A program made the translations under genes and the position numbers. Shown here piece by piece: positions 37,025 to 38,930 of a stretch of 38,930 nucleotides of DNA. This stretch comes from Octopus bimaculoides (lineage: Eukaryota). The notes below the pieces were generated by a model that saw only the letters and a program-made list of their open reading frames with translations, was not told the origin of the DNA and did not search any database. Location: assembly GCF_001194135.2 (NCBI RefSeq), contig NC_068991.1, forward strand, positions 48,738,775 through 48,777,704, read 5' to 3'. The stretch's first letter is position 1. Each line of letters starts with the position of its first letter.

Positions 37025-37587
37025 AGTTAAAAGAAGAAAGGACAGATGGTTATATGCAGACCCTTCTGAAGTTCCAAGTGTTATGCATATGTAATTTCCT
37101 GCAACTATCATGGTTTTAGGTGTTGTCAGCAATGAAGGACATGTGATGCCACCTTATTTCTTTCCACAAGGCCTTAGAGTTAACACTACCACTTACATTG
37201 AGGTGCTGGAAATAATTAAGCCCTGGATAGACAGTGTATGCAATGGAAGGCCAGTAAGACTCTGCACTATCACACATGGCTCTAGTAACACAGGAATGGA
37301 TGGCTGAAAATTTTCCTGATCACATAATTCCATGATCCCATAACACCAAAGATTCTGTGAAAGCTGCCATAGTCAGAGTAATGTCAAAACTGAACCGGAA
37401 CACTTGATTCAAGCATGTATATGATTTAGATCTCATATAGAAGCAGTTGTTGAAGCTTTATAACATTATAGAAAAGAAGGTTTATTTTTATCCTCATAGC
37501 ATTTTGAGAAAAATAAAGGTATCTGTTATTATATATCTTTTTTTATATATAAACATAAATCTGTCTTCAAATAACTTACGCACCCTT
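37025..37587 (+). mobile_element. 5'-truncated DD37D/maT-like transposon relic
   Basis: RRKDRWLYADPSEVPSVMH...MVLGVVSNEGHVMPPYFFPQGLRVNTTTYIEVLE...PWIDSVCNGRP / QDSA(P)SH...QEWMAENFPDH; internal deletion of the WPPNSPD segment. Right end ...aataacttacgcaccctt|TA. Confidence 0.85.
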
Positions 37588-37660
37588 TATGCATATGGGT
37601 AAAAAAATTAAGGAGTGCGTGCGTGCGTTATGTAAGCAATATTAAACTAATCGGCCGTAT

Positions 37661-37751
37661 GCACCTGATGAAAAAGAACATGGAACCGCTACCAGTCTTT
37701 CGTAATGTTACGTAAGATGCAGCTGATGTTCTTTTGAAACGGATGTAGTAC
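37661..37751 (+). ncRNA. Type I hammerhead ribozyme motif with a long helix II
   Basis: gcac-CTGATGA-aaaagaacat-(44 nt)-atgttctttt-GAAA-cggatg-TA-gtac. Perfect 10-bp helix II, intact core, GUA triplet, helix I 3/4 paired. Predicted cleavage after 37747. Confidence 0.65.
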
Positions 37752-38211
37752 TCGACTATCTCTTCCATTCCCTTTATATACAGATTTGTTTATAACATTA
37801 TTTGCAATGTTTGTTGCTTTCGATTTGGAGTTTCTTGTGTCCTGTCATCTTATCTGAAATGCTTAATCTCGATATGGGACAGACTGTATTTGATGAATTG
37901 ATTAATAAATTTTATTTATCAATTATCGAGTCGTTTGTATTTTCTATATCACCCAAGTTTATGCTTGAAACTAAGTCCATCATCATATCGAGGTCACCCG
38001 ATATTTCTATATTACATATGTGTGTGTGTATAAGAAATAATTGAGATTCAGTTGAAATAGGTACTTAAGTTGAAGCAGCAAGTCAGTCCGGTATCATCTG
38101 CACAGCATAGTATATATATCTATGTATGTGTGTGTGTGCGTGCGTGCGTGTACTTTGCGTGTGTACTTGCCTCTGTGTTCCTGTCTGTGCGCGCGAGTAT
38201 GTATGTATATG

Positions 38212-38410
38212 AATATTCTTTACTACTCGAGGCTCAAGGTTCGACATTTTTGGGGAGGGGGCCAGTCGATTAGATCAACCCCAGTACGCAACTGGCACTT
38301 AATTTTTCGACCTCGAAAGGATGAAAGGCAAAGTCGACCTCGGCAGAATTTGAACTCAGAACGTAAAGGCAGACGAAATACCGCTAAGCATTTCGTCAGG
38401 CGTGCTAACC
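38212..38410 (-). mobile_element. SINE family D
   Basis: Reverse complement homology to the other copies. Confidence 0.88.
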
Positions 38411-38843
38411 TTGAGAAACTGAACGAAAGACAGTTATGTATGCAAATATGTATTATCATTCATTTTTAGAATAGAAGAACTGTTTGTATTCATTGTGTTG
38501 TCGACCACTTTTAGTCCTTCTTCGGACTATTTCAGAAGTACCCAATTAAATGTCGGCAAATATCGAAAAACATTTGATGTTCTATTTTCGAAGGTGTATG
38601 CTCCGTTATTGATATAAAGAATCTGGAAACTAATATTACAATAAATCGTATTCAGATAAGACACAATCTCTCTTTCTCCTTTCCGCTCTTTCTTTCTCCC
38701 TCCCTCTCTCTGTGTCTCTGTCAGTCTCTCTTTCTCTCTCACTCTCTGTATGTATGAATGTATGTATGAATGTATGTAACACAAACACACATAAGCATGC
38801 ATACAGACACACAAACAGATACATATGTATATACATATGCATG

Positions 38844-38884
<41 letters not shown>

Positions 38885-38886
38885 CA

Positions 38887-38930
<44 letters not shown>

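Noticed and set aside
38490-38535. Minus-strand ccgaaga-aggac...ggtc-gaca hammerhead-like relic
   Set aside because: Both core segments are mutated and there is no UH or helix I; too degenerate.

Overview
This is AT-rich, repeat-saturated eukaryotic DNA with eight N-gaps, very dense microsatellites and no confidently identifiable host gene. The SINE families and repeat landscape resemble an octopus (coleoid cephalopod) genome; this is recognition, not proof. Most long ORFs in the track are microsatellite or N-gap artefacts. The supportable content is transposon debris: three DD37D (maT-like) Tc1/mariner relics with different termini, and two copies of a fold-back mariner derivative (5' half of the transposase fused to an inverted copy of its own 5' end). 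There is also a Penelope-like GIY-YIG endonuclease fragment with an inverted 3' end, fragments of L1/Tx1, RTE and R4/Dong-like LINEs, and about 20 copies or fragments of tRNA-derived SINEs from at least three families. The most interesting signal is up to six minimal type I hammerhead-ribozyme-like motifs (CUGANGA...GAAA...UH with helix I closure) from several sequence families. One lies downstream of the GIY-YIG stop codon and one lies beside a perfect 72-bp palindrome, consistent with Penelope pseudo-LTR or retrozyme origin. A few short segments with strong splice signals could be exons of a large spliced gene, but none could be assigned.
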